44,438 nucleotides of DNA from Rhodanobacter sp. GTDB taxonomy: Bacteria; Pseudomonadota; Gammaproteobacteria; Xanthomonadales; Rhodanobacteraceae. The notes under the pieces were generated by a model. That model did not search any database and was not told the origin of the DNA. It saw nothing but the letters and a program-made list of their open reading frames with translations. Made by a program: the position numbers and the translations under genes. Location: the NCBI GenBank assembly GCA_036566165.1, contig DATCWU010000173.1, positions 1-44,438 on the forward strand. The letters run 5' to 3'. Shown piece after piece: positions 1 to 9,328 of the stretch (position 1 is the first letter of the stretch; every line of letters begins with the position of its first letter).

Positions 1-139
1 CCGCCTTGGCGGTCTCCATCGCGCACAGCGGGGCATCGAGCTTGATGCTGTCGCCCACTTTCACGTGCCACTCGACGATGGTCGCGTCGGGCAGGCCTTC
101 GCCGAGGTCGGGCAGGTGGAATGTCTTGATATCAGCCAT
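1..139 (-). CDS. 2-oxoacid dehydrogenase E2 (dihydrolipoamide acyltransferase), N-terminal lipoyl domain; runs off the window
   Basis: Manual translation from ATG at 139: MADIKTFHLPDLGEGLPDATIVEWHVKVGDSIKLDAPLCAMETAKA, with the lipoyl-Lys motif ETAKA. Lies downstream of E1 beta. Confidence 0.9.
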   Translation of the reverse strand, partial: MADIKTFHLPDLGEGLPDATIVEWHVKVGDSIKLDAPLCAMETAKA

Positions 140-156
140 GGTTTTGGATCCGTGTT

Positions 157-235
157 GTAGGGCGGGCATTGCCCGCCGGCTTTTGCTCAGGTCGTGCGCT
201 GTGCGCAGGCGTGCGGCGGGCAGTGCCCGCCCTAC
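157..235. repeat. Inverted pair of GTAG-type REP elements (REPIN-like)
   Basis: GTAGGGCGGGCATTGCCCGCC (157-177) and GGCGGGCAGTGCCCGCCCTAC (215-235). Each is palindromic with a GTAG tail, and the two are inverted relative to each other. Confidence 0.85.
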
Positions 236-254
236 GCAGCGCTTGCTGCGCTGA

Positions 255-1235
255 TTATGACGCCGCCAGGGTGCGCTTCGCGGCTGCGGTAATGCGCTCC
301 ACGCTTGGCAGGTACTTCATTTCCAGCCGGAACAGCGGGATGTGGGTGTCCGGGCCGGTGACGCGCTCGACCGGCGCCAGCAGATCGTAGATGCATTCCT
401 CCGCCAGGCGCGCGGCAATCTCGGCGCCGAAACCAGCCGTCTTCGGTGCTTCGTGCACGATCACGCAGCGACCTGTCTTTTGCACCGATTCGGCGATGGT
501 GTCGAAATCCAGCGGGGTCAGCGTGGCGACGTCGATTACTTCGGCGCTGATGCCGTCGGCGGCCAGCTCGTCAGCGGCTTCCAGACATTCCTTCACCTGT
601 GCCCCCCAAGTCACCAGGGTGACGTCGGTGCCGTCGCGCAGCACGAAGCATACGTCCAGCGGCAAGGCCTCGCCGTCGTCGGGCACCTCCTCTTTGTACT
701 GGCGGTAAATGCGCTTGGGCTCGAAGAACATCACCGGATCGGGATCGCGGATGGCTGCCAGCAGCAAGCCGTAGGCGCGTGCTGGCGATGATGGCAGCAC
801 GACGCGCAGGCCGGGGATATTGGTGAACAGATGTTCGTTCGCCTCGGAGTGATGCTCCGGTGCACGGATGCCACCGCCCCACGGCGCACGGAACACCGCC
901 GGTACGGTAAGGCGGCCGCGGGTGCGGTTGCGCATGCGTGCGGCGTGACAGGCGATCTGTTCCATCATCGGGTAGATGAAGCCTTCAAACTGCGCTTCGG
1001 CAATGGGTTTCATGCCCTGCACGGCAAGGCCGACGGTGACACCGGCAATGGTGGTTTCGTCCAGTGGTGTATCAAATACGCGCCACTCGCCGAACTTCTC
1101 GCTCAGGCCCTGGGTGGCGCGAAACACGCCGCCGTTGACGCCCACGTCTTCGCCGAGCACCACCACGCTTTCGTCGTGTGCCATTTCCCAGGCCAACGCC
1201 TGGGTGACTGCTTCAATGAGGGTAATTTGTGCCAT
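255..1235 (-). CDS. pdhB: 2-oxoacid (pyruvate/branched-chain) dehydrogenase E1 beta subunit
   Basis: [20 protein letters not shown] and EHHSE motifs; operon E1a-E1b-E2. Substrate cannot be resolved from sequence. Confidence 0.9.
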   Translation of the reverse strand: MAQITLIEAVTQALAWEMAHDESVVVLGEDVGVNGGVFRATQGLSEKFGEWRVFDTPLDETTIAGVTVGLAVQGMKPIAEAQFEGFIYPMMEQIACHAARMRNRTRGRLTVPAVFRAPWGGGIRAPEHHSEANEHLFTNIPGLRVVLPSSPARAYGLLLAAIRDPDPVMFFEPKRIYRQYKEEVPDDGEALPLDVCFVLRDGTDVTLVTWGAQVKECLEAADELAADGISAEVIDVATLTPLDFDTIAESVQKTGRCVIVHEAPKTAGFGAEIAARLAEECIYDLLAPVERVTGPDTHIPLFRLEMKYLPSVERITAAAKRTLAAS

Positions 1236-1238
1236 GAC

Positions 1239-2324
1239 TTAGTTCGCCTTGTGTTCAAGCGAGAGGACGTAGTCGCGTTGTTTGGCCAGATCCGCCGGAA
1301 CTTCAGCGAAGATGTAATCGAACATCGCAGTGACGGGCTGGGTCTTGGTTTCAAGGTAGGCATCCACCTCCTTGTCCATCCACTCGTCGCACTCGGCCTT
1401 CCAGGCTTCCTCCTTGGTGTCGTCCCACACGCCCTGGGCTTCCAGCCACTTGCGGGTGCGAATCATCGGCTCGCGTGCCCACGCGTCTTTCACCTCCTGC
1501 TGGCCGCGGTAGCGGCGCGCGTCGTCGGCCGTGGTGTGATCGCCCAGGCGATAGGTGACCGCCTCGATCACGCTGCCGCCCTTGCCGCTGCGCGCACGCT
1601 CCAGCGCGTCTTCCATCGCCTTGCGCACGGCAATGATGTCGTTGCCGTCCACCTGGATGCAGAACAGACCGGCGGCAATGCCCTTTTGCGCGAGGGTCGG
1701 CGCGCCGGACTGGATCTTGCGCGGCACCGAGATCGCCCACTGGTTGTTGACGATGACCGCCACCAGCGGCAGGTCACGCGCACCGGCCATGTTGATGGCA
1801 CCGTTGAAATCGCCCTTGGACGAACCGCCGTCGCCGATGGTGCACACCGCCACGCGTTTCTCACCGCGAATCTTGAACGCCAGTGCGGTGCCGGCGGCGT
1901 GCAGGCATTGCGTGCCGATCGGCACCGACCAGGCGAAATCGTGTCGCGCCGGCTCCTGCTGATAATCGTTGCCGCGTTCGTCGCCACCCCAGTACATGTA
2001 CACCTCGCGCGGCTGCACGCCGCGGTACAGCTGCGCGCCGTATTCGCGGTAGCTCGGTGCCAGCACGTCTTCCGGGCGCATGGCGCTGCCGATGCCAACG
2101 TGCGCAGCCTCATGGCCGAGGCAACTGGCATAGGTGCCGAGTTTGCCGGTACGCTGCAAGGCGATGGACTTGGCGTCGAACACGCGGGTGGACACCATCA
2201 ATTTGTACAGCTTGACCATGTAGTCGAGGTCTTTGGCAAACTTGGGCAGATCCTTGCGTACCTGCTTGCCTTCGGCGTCGAGGTACTGCAGGTATTCAAT
2301 TTCAAACTTGGCGGCGATGGTCAC
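1239..2324 (-). CDS. pdhA: 2-oxoacid dehydrogenase E1 alpha subunit
   Basis: TPP motif [10 protein letters not shown]...NN and [11 protein letters not shown]. Start trimmed to GTG at 2324 (GGAG upstream). Confidence 0.9.
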   Translation of the reverse strand: MTIAAKFEIEYLQYLDAEGKQVRKDLPKFAKDLDYMVKLYKLMVSTRVFDAKSIALQRTGKLGTYASCLGHEAAHVGIGSAMRPEDVLAPSYREYGAQLYRGVQPREVYMYWGGDERGNDYQQEPARHDFAWSVPIGTQCLHAAGTALAFKIRGEKRVAVCTIGDGGSSKGDFNGAINMAGARDLPLVAVIVNNQWAISVPRKIQSGAPTLAQKGIAAGLFCIQVDGNDIIAVRKAMEDALERARSGKGGSVIEAVTYRLGDHTTADDARRYRGQQEVKDAWAREPMIRTRKWLEAQGVWDDTKEEAWKAECDEWMDKEVDAYLETKTQPVTAMFDYIFAEVPADLAKQRDYVLSLEHKAN

Positions 2325-2645
2325 GACTCGCTCCGGAGTTGGGGACGGGATTTTCTGTGTGCGCGGGTGGTCACGAAGCGCGCAAAACGGTCGAACAAGA
2401 CCGCGCTTGATAGCAGGCTCGCATGCTGCGCCGCAAGGTACGGCGCAGCATCCGCAGGCGCAATCAGGGGCTGCAGATGGCGTCAGACAGCCGTTTGTCG
2501 CGCGGAATCCGGTTTGCTGCAACACTGCCCGCTTGCAGCCTTTTTACTGTGTGTAGCGCAGACTGGTCTTGTCTCCAGTCAAGGCTCGGCGCGTATTGTG
2601 CCGCTACCATCGACGTTTTCCAAAACCAATCGCGTGTGCAAACCC

Positions 2646-3494
2646 ATGAGCGAGAATCAGCGCGACATTGAAGCCGGCGTGCAGACCGATCTGAAGGGCC
2701 GGATCACTTATGGCGGTTATTTGCATCTGGACATGTTGCTGGCCGCGCAGCAGCCGTTGAGCGACCCGCCGCATCACGACGAGATGCTGTTCATCGTGCA
2801 GCACCACGTGGCCGAACTGTGGATGAAGCTGCTGCTGCATGAACTGACCGCGGCGGTGGCGCACCTGCAGCGGGACGATGTCGATGCGTGCCTGAAGATC
2901 CTGGCTCGCGTGAAGAAAATCCAGACCCAGTTGTTCGAGGAGTGGTCGGTGCTGGAGACGTTGACGCCGTCCGAGTACCTGGAATTCCGCGACGTGCTGG
3001 GCCCATCGTCCGGGTTCCAGTCACTGCAGTACCGCAAGATCGAGTTCACCCTGGGCAACAAGAACGCCGACATGCTCAAGGTGTTTGCGCATGATCCAGC
3101 CGCGCAGGCGGAACTGGATGCCGTATTGCATGCCCCGAGTTTGTACGACGAGTTCCTGCGCTACCTCGCTCGTCGCGGTCATGCGGTGCCGGAGGATTTG
3201 CTGAAGCGTGACTGGACGCAGCCACATCATCGCCATGCGGCATTGCAGCCGGTGTTCAAGCGCATTTACGAGCATCGCGCCGAGTTCTGGCCCGAGTACC
3301 ACATGTGCGAACAACTGGTGGATGTGGAAGAGAGTTTCCAGTTGTGGCGCTTCCGCCACATGAAAACGGTGGAGCGCATCATCGGGCATCGCCGCGGCAC
3401 GGGTGGTTCGTCCGGCGTGGATTTCCTGAAGAAGGCGCTGGACCTGGAGTTCTTCCCCGAGCTGCTGGACGTGCGGACCGTGCTGGGGACGTGA
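2646..3494 (+). CDS. kynA: Tryptophan 2,3-dioxygenase
   Basis: [37 protein letters not shown] and GTGGSSG motifs. Real start is ATG 2646 inside the long 831..3494 ORF. Confidence 0.95.
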   Translation: MSENQRDIEAGVQTDLKGRITYGGYLHLDMLLAAQQPLSDPPHHDEMLFIVQHHVAELWMKLLLHELTAAVAHLQRDDVDACLKILARVKKIQTQLFEEWSVLETLTPSEYLEFRDVLGPSSGFQSLQYRKIEFTLGNKNADMLKVFAHDPAAQAELDAVLHAPSLYDEFLRYLARRGHAVPEDLLKRDWTQPHHRHAALQPVFKRIYEHRAEFWPEYHMCEQLVDVEESFQLWRFRHMKTVERIIGHRRGTGGSSGVDFLKKALDLEFFPELLDVRTVLGT

Positions 3495-3598
3495 GCGTGA
3501 CCGGTTGGCGCGGTGTCAAGGTTGACGTGGTCGAGCGCCTCCGTTACATCTAGCCCGTCCGCAATATTTTGCGACCCGTCAAACCCACCGAGAAACGC

Positions 3599-5104
3599 AT
3601 GGCCACCACCACAGCTTCTGGCGCCGCCCCGCTTCCCGATTACCCGCAATTGCTTGGCCATCCACGTCCGTTGTGGATGTTGTTCATGTCGGAGTTCTGG
3701 GAGCGCTTTGCGTTCTACGGCATGCGTTGGGCGCTCACGCTGTATATCGTGGCGCAGTTCTTTGGTGGTGATGAAGCCGGGCAGGCCTCGGCCAGCCGCA
3801 CCTACGGCGCGTATCTGGCGCTGGTCTATGCCACCGCGGTGTTTGGCGGTTACGTTGCCGACAAGATCATCGGCTACCAGCGTTCGATCCTGCTTGGCGC
3901 GGTGGTGATGGCCGCCGGCCTGTTCATGGTGATGGTGCCGCAGCGTGAAGTTTTCATGCTCGGTCTGGCCACGATCATCGTCGGCAACGGCCTGTTCAAA
4001 CCCAATATTTCCTCGATGGTGGGGCAGTTGTATGCCACCGGGGATTCGCGCCGCGATCGCGGCTTCACCCTGTTCTACATGGGTATCAACGCCGGGGCGT
4101 TGATTGCGCCGATCCTGACCAGCTACCTGGCCGAGCATGTGTTCGGCACGCCACAACACGACAATTATCACGTGGTGTTTGCCGCGTCGGGCGTGGGCAT
4201 GCTGATCAGCCTCGTATGGTTCTGGTTCGGGCGGCGTCAGCTCGGTCCGGTTGGCCGGCCGGCGCCGGAAATCGCCAACCCGCTGCGTGTGGTCTATGTG
4301 GCGATCGGCGTGCTGGTAGCCATTCCGCTGGTCTACCTGTTGATGGATCGCGCCGGCGCGGTGATGTTGCAGTGGCTGCTTACCGCGCTGTTCCTTGGCG
4401 TGGGCGTGATGCTCGTGATCGAGGCGATCCGTACCGGTCGGGTGCAGATCCAGCGGGTGATCGCGATGCTGATCATCTTCACTTTCAACGTGCTGTTCTG
4501 GATGTTCTTTGAACAGGCGGGCAGTTCGTTCAACTTCCTGGCCCAGCACATTGTCGACCGTGACCTGGGTGGCTGGATGTTCCCGATTGGCTGGTTCCAG
4601 TCGGTCAACCCCATCGCCATCGTGGTGCTGGCGCCGCTGGTGGCGCTGGTGTGGGGCTGGCTGGACAAGCGCCGCATCGAGCCGTCCATTCCGCGCAAGT
4701 TCGGCATGGGCCTGATCGGCAACGCGCTGGGCTTCGCCGTGCTGATGTATGCGCTGTCCAGCCTGGTCGGCAGCGACGGCCTGATTCCGCTGTGGACCCT
4801 GGTGCTGTGCTATGTGCTGCAGACGACTGGCGAGTTGTGTCTGTCGCCGATTGGTCTGTCGATGGTGACCAAGCTGGCGCCGGTGCGACTGGTCGGCCTG
4901 GGCATGGGCGGCTGGTTCCTGTCCACCGCGATCGGCAACAACCTGGCTGGCCTGTTCGCCAGCCATGTCAGCGGCGAGAGCGGCATGACCGTGGAGTCGG
5001 CGCTGTCCGGCTACACCATGGGCTTCTGGATCCTGTTCGGTGGCGGCGTGCTGCTGTTCCTGATTGCGCCGCTGATCAACAAGCTGATGCACGGGGTGCG
5101 CTGA
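3599..5104 (+). CDS. POT/PTR family proton-dependent oligopeptide transporter (MFS)
   Basis: EFWERFAFYG (ExxERFxYY-like), GNGLFKPN and FYMGINAG motifs; many transmembrane segments. Confidence 0.92.
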   Translation: MATTTASGAAPLPDYPQLLGHPRPLWMLFMSEFWERFAFYGMRWALTLYIVAQFFGGDEAGQASASRTYGAYLALVYATAVFGGYVADKIIGYQRSILLGAVVMAAGLFMVMVPQREVFMLGLATIIVGNGLFKPNISSMVGQLYATGDSRRDRGFTLFYMGINAGALIAPILTSYLAEHVFGTPQHDNYHVVFAASGVGMLISLVWFWFGRRQLGPVGRPAPEIANPLRVVYVAIGVLVAIPLVYLLMDRAGAVMLQWLLTALFLGVGVMLVIEAIRTGRVQIQRVIAMLIIFTFNVLFWMFFEQAGSSFNFLAQHIVDRDLGGWMFPIGWFQSVNPIAIVVLAPLVALVWGWLDKRRIEPSIPRKFGMGLIGNALGFAVLMYALSSLVGSDGLIPLWTLVLCYVLQTTGELCLSPIGLSMVTKLAPVRLVGLGMGGWFLSTAIGNNLAGLFASHVSGESGMTVESALSGYTMGFWILFGGGVLLFLIAPLINKLMHGVR

Positions 5105-5162
5105 GTCGGGCATTTCAGCCTGCTGCCGGGGCGCACACTGCGTCCCGACGCAGCTGCAGGCA

Positions 5163-5654
5163 TTACTTTTGCAGCTTGTCCAGAATATGCGTGAGTGACG
5201 CGCGTTCGTCGGCGGTCAGCTTGCGCAACAGGTCGCGCTCGCGGATGCGTGCCATGGGCGCAACTTCGTCGTGGATCAGCCAGCCGCTTGCGCTCAAGCG
5301 CAGCACGGAGCGCCGTTTGTCATCATCGTGCACGCTGCGGTCGACACGGCCGGCGGCCACCAATCGCGCCAGGGCACGACTGACCGCGACCTTGTCCATG
5401 GCTGTCCGCTCGGCCACTTCGCGGGCCGACAAGCGGTCGAAACGTGCCAGCACAGCCATCACTCGCCATTCCGTGACGCTCAGCGCAAAGCGTTGCTGGT
5501 AGTCACCGGCAATGGCCTGACTGACGGTGTTGGACAGGATCGACAAGCGATACGGCAGGAAATTTTCCAGCTGCAGGGGTGCCCGCTCGCGCGCGGTCCG
5601 CGGCGGCCTGGTCACCCGCGCCGCGACAGGTCCGAGCTTGCCGTGGTTGCCCAT
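5163..5654 (-). CDS. MarR family transcriptional regulator, divergent from hppD
   Basis: FLPYRLS, EWRVMAVL, MDKVAVSRA and DKRRSVLRLS winged-helix motifs; AGGAG RBS. Confidence 0.9.
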   Translation of the reverse strand: MGNHGKLGPVAARVTRPPRTARERAPLQLENFLPYRLSILSNTVSQAIAGDYQQRFALSVTEWRVMAVLARFDRLSAREVAERTAMDKVAVSRALARLVAAGRVDRSVHDDDKRRSVLRLSASGWLIHDEVAPMARIRERDLLRKLTADERASLTHILDKLQK

Positions 5655-5667
5655 GTTGCGGCACTCC

Positions 5668-5696
5668 TTGCAGATAGTTGCATTTGTAACTATGGT
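5668..5696 (+). promoter_or_regulatory. hppD sigma70 promoter with palindromic operator (probable MarR site)
   Basis: TTGCAG (5668)-N17-TATGGT (5691). The palindrome ATAGTTGCA-TT-TGTAACTAT (5674-5693, one mismatch) fills the spacer. Confidence 0.65.
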
Positions 5697-5755
5697 AATT
5701 CACTCCGTGGATTCAAGCCATACTTTCTACTGTTCGCGTTGTCAGGAGCCAAGCC

Positions 5756-6853
5756 ATGAGCGCTGTCCAGCCCAACCTCGGCATGCAGGTCACCACCTTC
5801 GAAAACCCCATGGGCATCGACGGTTTCGAGTTTGTCGAATTTGCCGCGCCAGCCGGCCGCGCCGGCGAGCTGCGCAGCTTGTTTGAAAAAATGGGCTTCA
5901 CCGCCGTGCTGAAACACAAGGCGCGGCCGATCACCGTGTATCGCCAGAACGGTGTGAACTTTCTGCTCAACGAAGATCCGGATTCGTTCGCGGCGGATTT
6001 TGCCGCGAAGCACGGTCCCAGCGCCTGCGGTTTTGCCATTCGCTTCAAGCAGCCGGCGGCGGACGTGTTGCAGTCCGTGCTGAGTAAGGGGGCTGTGGCG
6101 GCAACCGAAAAAGTCGCCAGCAAGGCGGTTTCGGCCCCGGCAATCAAGGGCATTGGCGACTGCATGCTGTATCTGGTGGATCGTTACGGCGCCAACGGCA
6201 GCATTTACGCGGGCGACTACGAGGCGATTCCCGGCGCTGAGCAGAACCCGAAGGGTTTCGGGCTGACCTTCATCGACCACCTCACGCACAACCTGTATTT
6301 CGGCAATATGGCGAAGTGGTCGGAGTACTACGAAAAGCTGTTCAATTTCCGCGAAATTCGCTACTTCGACATCAAGGGTGTGAAAACCGGCCTCGTCTCC
6401 AAGGCGATGACCGCGCCCGACGGTATCGTGCGCATTCCGCTGAATGAGTCAGACAACCCGAAGTCGCAGATCAACGAATACCTCGACGCCTATCACGGCG
6501 AAGGCATCCAGCACATTGCCTGCTTCACCGACGATATTTACGCGACGGTGGAAGGCATGCGCGCGGCCGGGGTCGAATTTCTCGACACGCCGGATACCTA
6601 TTTCGACGTGATCGACGAACGTATCCCGAACCATGGCGAGGACGTACCGCGCCTGCGCAAGAACAGCATCCTGATTGACGCCGATCCGGAAACCCACCAG
6701 CGCAAGCTGCTGCAGATTTTCACGCTGAACGTGATCGGGCCGATCTTTTTCGAGATCATTCAGCGCAAGGGCAACGAGGGCTTCGGCGAAGGCAACTTCC
6801 AGGCCCTGTTTGAAAGCATCGAGCGCGATCAGATGAAACGCGGCGTGTTGTAA
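5756..6853 (+). CDS. hppD: 4-hydroxyphenylpyruvate dioxygenase
   Basis: [15 protein letters not shown] and [18 protein letters not shown] motifs. Confidence 0.96.
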   Translation: MSAVQPNLGMQVTTFENPMGIDGFEFVEFAAPAGRAGELRSLFEKMGFTAVLKHKARPITVYRQNGVNFLLNEDPDSFAADFAAKHGPSACGFAIRFKQPAADVLQSVLSKGAVAATEKVASKAVSAPAIKGIGDCMLYLVDRYGANGSIYAGDYEAIPGAEQNPKGFGLTFIDHLTHNLYFGNMAKWSEYYEKLFNFREIRYFDIKGVKTGLVSKAMTAPDGIVRIPLNESDNPKSQINEYLDAYHGEGIQHIACFTDDIYATVEGMRAAGVEFLDTPDTYFDVIDERIPNHGEDVPRLRKNSILIDADPETHQRKLLQIFTLNVIGPIFFEIIQRKGNEGFGEGNFQALFESIERDQMKRGVL

Positions 6854-6864
6854 GGAGCGCGGCC

Positions 6865-8214
6865 ATGAACGGGTCGAACTACCAATCCGGTTTCGGCAAC
6901 GAGTTTGCCAGCGAGGCGGTTCCCGGTGCGTTGCCGGTGGGACAAAATTCGCCGCAGCGCGTGGCACATGGTTTGTATGCCGAGCAATTGTCCGGCACCG
7001 CGTTTACCGCGCCGCGGCACCTTGGTCGACGCAGCTGGTTGTACCGGATTCGACCGGCCGCCGTGCATCAGCCGTTTCAGCCACGCGCACACGCCACCTT
7101 CCATAACCGCTTCGACGAGGTGCCGGCCACGCCAAATCAGTTGCGCTGGGATCCGCCGCCGCTGGCCAGTACACCGACGGACTTCGTCGAGGGCCTGGTG
7201 ACGCTGGCCGGCAATGGTGGTCCGGCAGAGCAGGCTGGTGTTGGTATCCACGTCTACACGGCCAATCGTTCGATGCAGGGGCGGTTTTTCTACGATGCCG
7301 ATGCCGAGCTGTTGTTGGTGCCACAACAGGGGCGGCTGCGCCTGGCTACCGAGCTGGGCGTGCTGGACATCGAGCCGCAGGAAATTGCCGTCGTCCCGCG
7401 TGGTGTGCGTTTTCGGGTGGACTTGCTGGATGGCACGGCCGATGCACAGGGAAGTGCGAGTGCCACGGGCGCAGGGAGCGCAGGAGTGGCCCGTGGCTAC
7501 GTCTGCGAAAACTTCGGCGCACTGCTGCGATTGCCGGAACTCGGGCCAATCGGCGCCAACGGCCTGGCGAATGCACGCGACTTCCTCACGCCGGTGGCGG
7601 CGTATGAGGACCTCGACGGTGCGTTCGAGCTGATCGGCAAATTCCAGGGCGCGCTGTGGACGGCGCAGATGGATCACTCACCGCTGGACGTGGTGGCCTG
7701 GCATGGCAATTACGCACCGTACAAATATGATCTGCGCCGCTTCAATCCGATTGGCTCGATCAGCTACGACCACCCGGACCCGTGCATCTTCACCGTACTG
7801 ACGTCGGCCAGCGACACGCCCGGAACGGCGAACATGGACTTTGCGATCTTCCCGCCGCGTTGGCTGGTGGCGCAGCACACGTTCCGGCCGCCATGGTTCC
7901 ATCGCAACGTGGCCAGCGAATTCATGGGCCTGATTACTGGTGTGTACGACGCCAAGGCCGAGGGTTTCCTGCCCGGCGGCGCGTCGCTGCACAACTGCAT
8001 GACCGCGCACGGACCGGACGCGGCGACGTTCGAGAAGGCGTCGGTGGCGGATTTGAGCAAGCCGGACGTGATCACCGACACCATGGCTTTCATGTTCGAA
8101 ACACGCAAGGTGATCCGGCCGACGCAGCAGGCGCTGGAATCACCACAATTGCAACGCGATTATTCCAATTGCTGGCAGGGCATCGCCAGGCACTTCCATC
8201 CGCCGCAAGCGTAA
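6865..8214 (+). CDS. hmgA: Homogentisate 1,2-dioxygenase (with a 17-aa insertion)
   Basis: [29 protein letters not shown] and FRPPWFHRN motifs. Confidence 0.96.
   Translation: MNGSNYQSGFGNEFASEAVPGALPVGQNSPQRVAHGLYAEQLSGTAFTAPRHLGRRSWLYRIRPAAVHQPFQPRAHATFHNRFDEVPATPNQLRWDPPPLASTPTDFVEGLVTLAGNGGPAEQAGVGIHVYTANRSMQGRFFYDADAELLLVPQQGRLRLATELGVLDIEPQEIAVVPRGVRFRVDLLDGTADAQGSASATGAGSAGVARGYVCENFGALLRLPELGPIGANGLANARDFLTPVAAYEDLDGAFELIGKFQGALWTAQMDHSPLDVVAWHGNYAPYKYDLRRFNPIGSISYDHPDPCIFTVLTSASDTPGTANMDFAIFPPRWLVAQHTFRPPWFHRNVASEFMGLITGVYDAKAEGFLPGGASLHNCMTAHGPDAATFEKASVADLSKPDVITDTMAFMFETRKVIRPTQQALESPQLQRDYSNCWQGIARHFHPPQA
7441..7491 (+). repeat. 51-nt in-frame hairpin insertion within hmgA
   Basis: Encodes [21 protein letters not shown] direct repeat at 7437-7440 and 7488-7491. 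Removing it restores [13 protein letters not shown]. Confidence 0.65.
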
Positions 8215-8245
8215 AGCGCCGCGCCCGTACCGTTCGGAGAAACAC

Positions 8246-9232
8246 ATGAAGCTGGGAAGTCTCAAGGCAGGCGGCCGTGACGGCGCGCTGGTGGTGGTCA
8301 GCCGCGACCTGACGCGGGCAGTGCGAGCCGGTGCGATTGCGCCGACCTTGCAGGCAGCGCTGGACGATTGGTCGGATGCGGCGCCGCGCTTGAACGCGCT
8401 GTATGCCGAGCTCAATGACGGCAGCGCTGCCGGCGCGTTCGCGCTGGACATGTCGGCGCTGGCCGCGCCGCTACCACGGGCCTACGAATTTGTCGATGGC
8501 AGCGCGTACCTGCCGCATGTGGAACGCGTGCGCAAGGCGCGCGGCGCGACCGTGCCGGAAAGCTTCTATACCGATCCGCTGATGTATCAAGCCACCAGTG
8601 CCGGCTTTCTCGGCCCGCGCGATCCAGTGTTGGTATCGAGCGAAGAGTTCGGTATCGACCTGGAGGCTGAAGTCGTCGTGGTCACTGATGACGTACCGAT
8701 GGCCGTCACCCCGGAGCAGGCGTCCGCGCACATCCAGTTGGTCGGCCTGATCAACGACGTGAGCTTGCGCGGCCTGATTCCCGGCGAGCTGGCCAAGGGT
8801 TTCGGCTTTCTGCAGTCCAAGCCGCGTTCCGCGTTGTCACCCGTGCTGGTGACGCCCGACGAGCTGGGCGCCGCGTGGCAGGGCGACAAGCTGCATCTGC
8901 CGATGCGCACCTGGTTGAACGGCAAGTGGTTTGGGGAAGCCGAGTGTGGTGTCGACATGCAATTCAGTTTTGCCCAGTTGGTTGCCCATGTGGCGAAAAC
9001 CCGCCCGCTGACCGCCGGCACCATCGTCGGGTCGGGCACCATCGCCAACCAGGACACCAGCAAGGGCGCCTCGTGCCTGGCCGAGCAGCGCACGGTGGAA
9101 AAGTTGCGCGACGGCCAACCGAGTACACCGTTCCTGAAGTTTGGCGATCGCTTGCGTATCGACATCACCGATACCGCTGGCGCATCCATCTTCGGCTCGA
9201 TCGAACAGCAGATCGTGCACTTTCAGGGATGA
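8246..9232 (+). CDS. Fumarylacetoacetate hydrolase family protein
   Basis: MKLGSLK..GRDG, DGSAYLPHV, IDLEAEV, NDVSLR and GSGT motifs; follows hmgA. Confidence 0.9.
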   Translation: MKLGSLKAGGRDGALVVVSRDLTRAVRAGAIAPTLQAALDDWSDAAPRLNALYAELNDGSAAGAFALDMSALAAPLPRAYEFVDGSAYLPHVERVRKARGATVPESFYTDPLMYQATSAGFLGPRDPVLVSSEEFGIDLEAEVVVVTDDVPMAVTPEQASAHIQLVGLINDVSLRGLIPGELAKGFGFLQSKPRSALSPVLVTPDELGAAWQGDKLHLPMRTWLNGKWFGEAECGVDMQFSFAQLVAHVAKTRPLTAGTIVGSGTIANQDTSKGASCLAEQRTVEKLRDGQPSTPFLKFGDRLRIDITDTAGASIFGSIEQQIVHFQG

Positions 9233-9280
9233 GTGGTGGCGTGATCGTGGCTCGGCAGCGTAACGCCGCCTGATCGCTGC

Positions 9281-9322
9281 TTGACGCGGATCAATGCGAC
9301 CGCCGCGGCGCGTCGACAGACT
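9281..9322 (+). promoter_or_regulatory. FNR box plus -10 element for hemN
   Basis: TTGAC-GCGG-ATCAA (9281-9294; consensus TTGAT-N4-ATCAA), with CAGACT at 9317. Confidence 0.8.
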
Positions 9323-9328
9323 GCGACC

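Noticed and set aside
831-2645. N-terminal ~600 aa of the 887-aa ORF 831..3494
   Set aside because: Antisense shadow of the E1 genes; only the part from ATG 2646 is tryptophan dioxygenase.
3266-5113. Long antisense ORFs (also 8837-11041, 15773-17098, 18335-20329, 20052-21728, 24459-26888, 32957-34150)
   Set aside because: They mirror well-supported genes, have no motifs, and are expected from high-GC codon bias.
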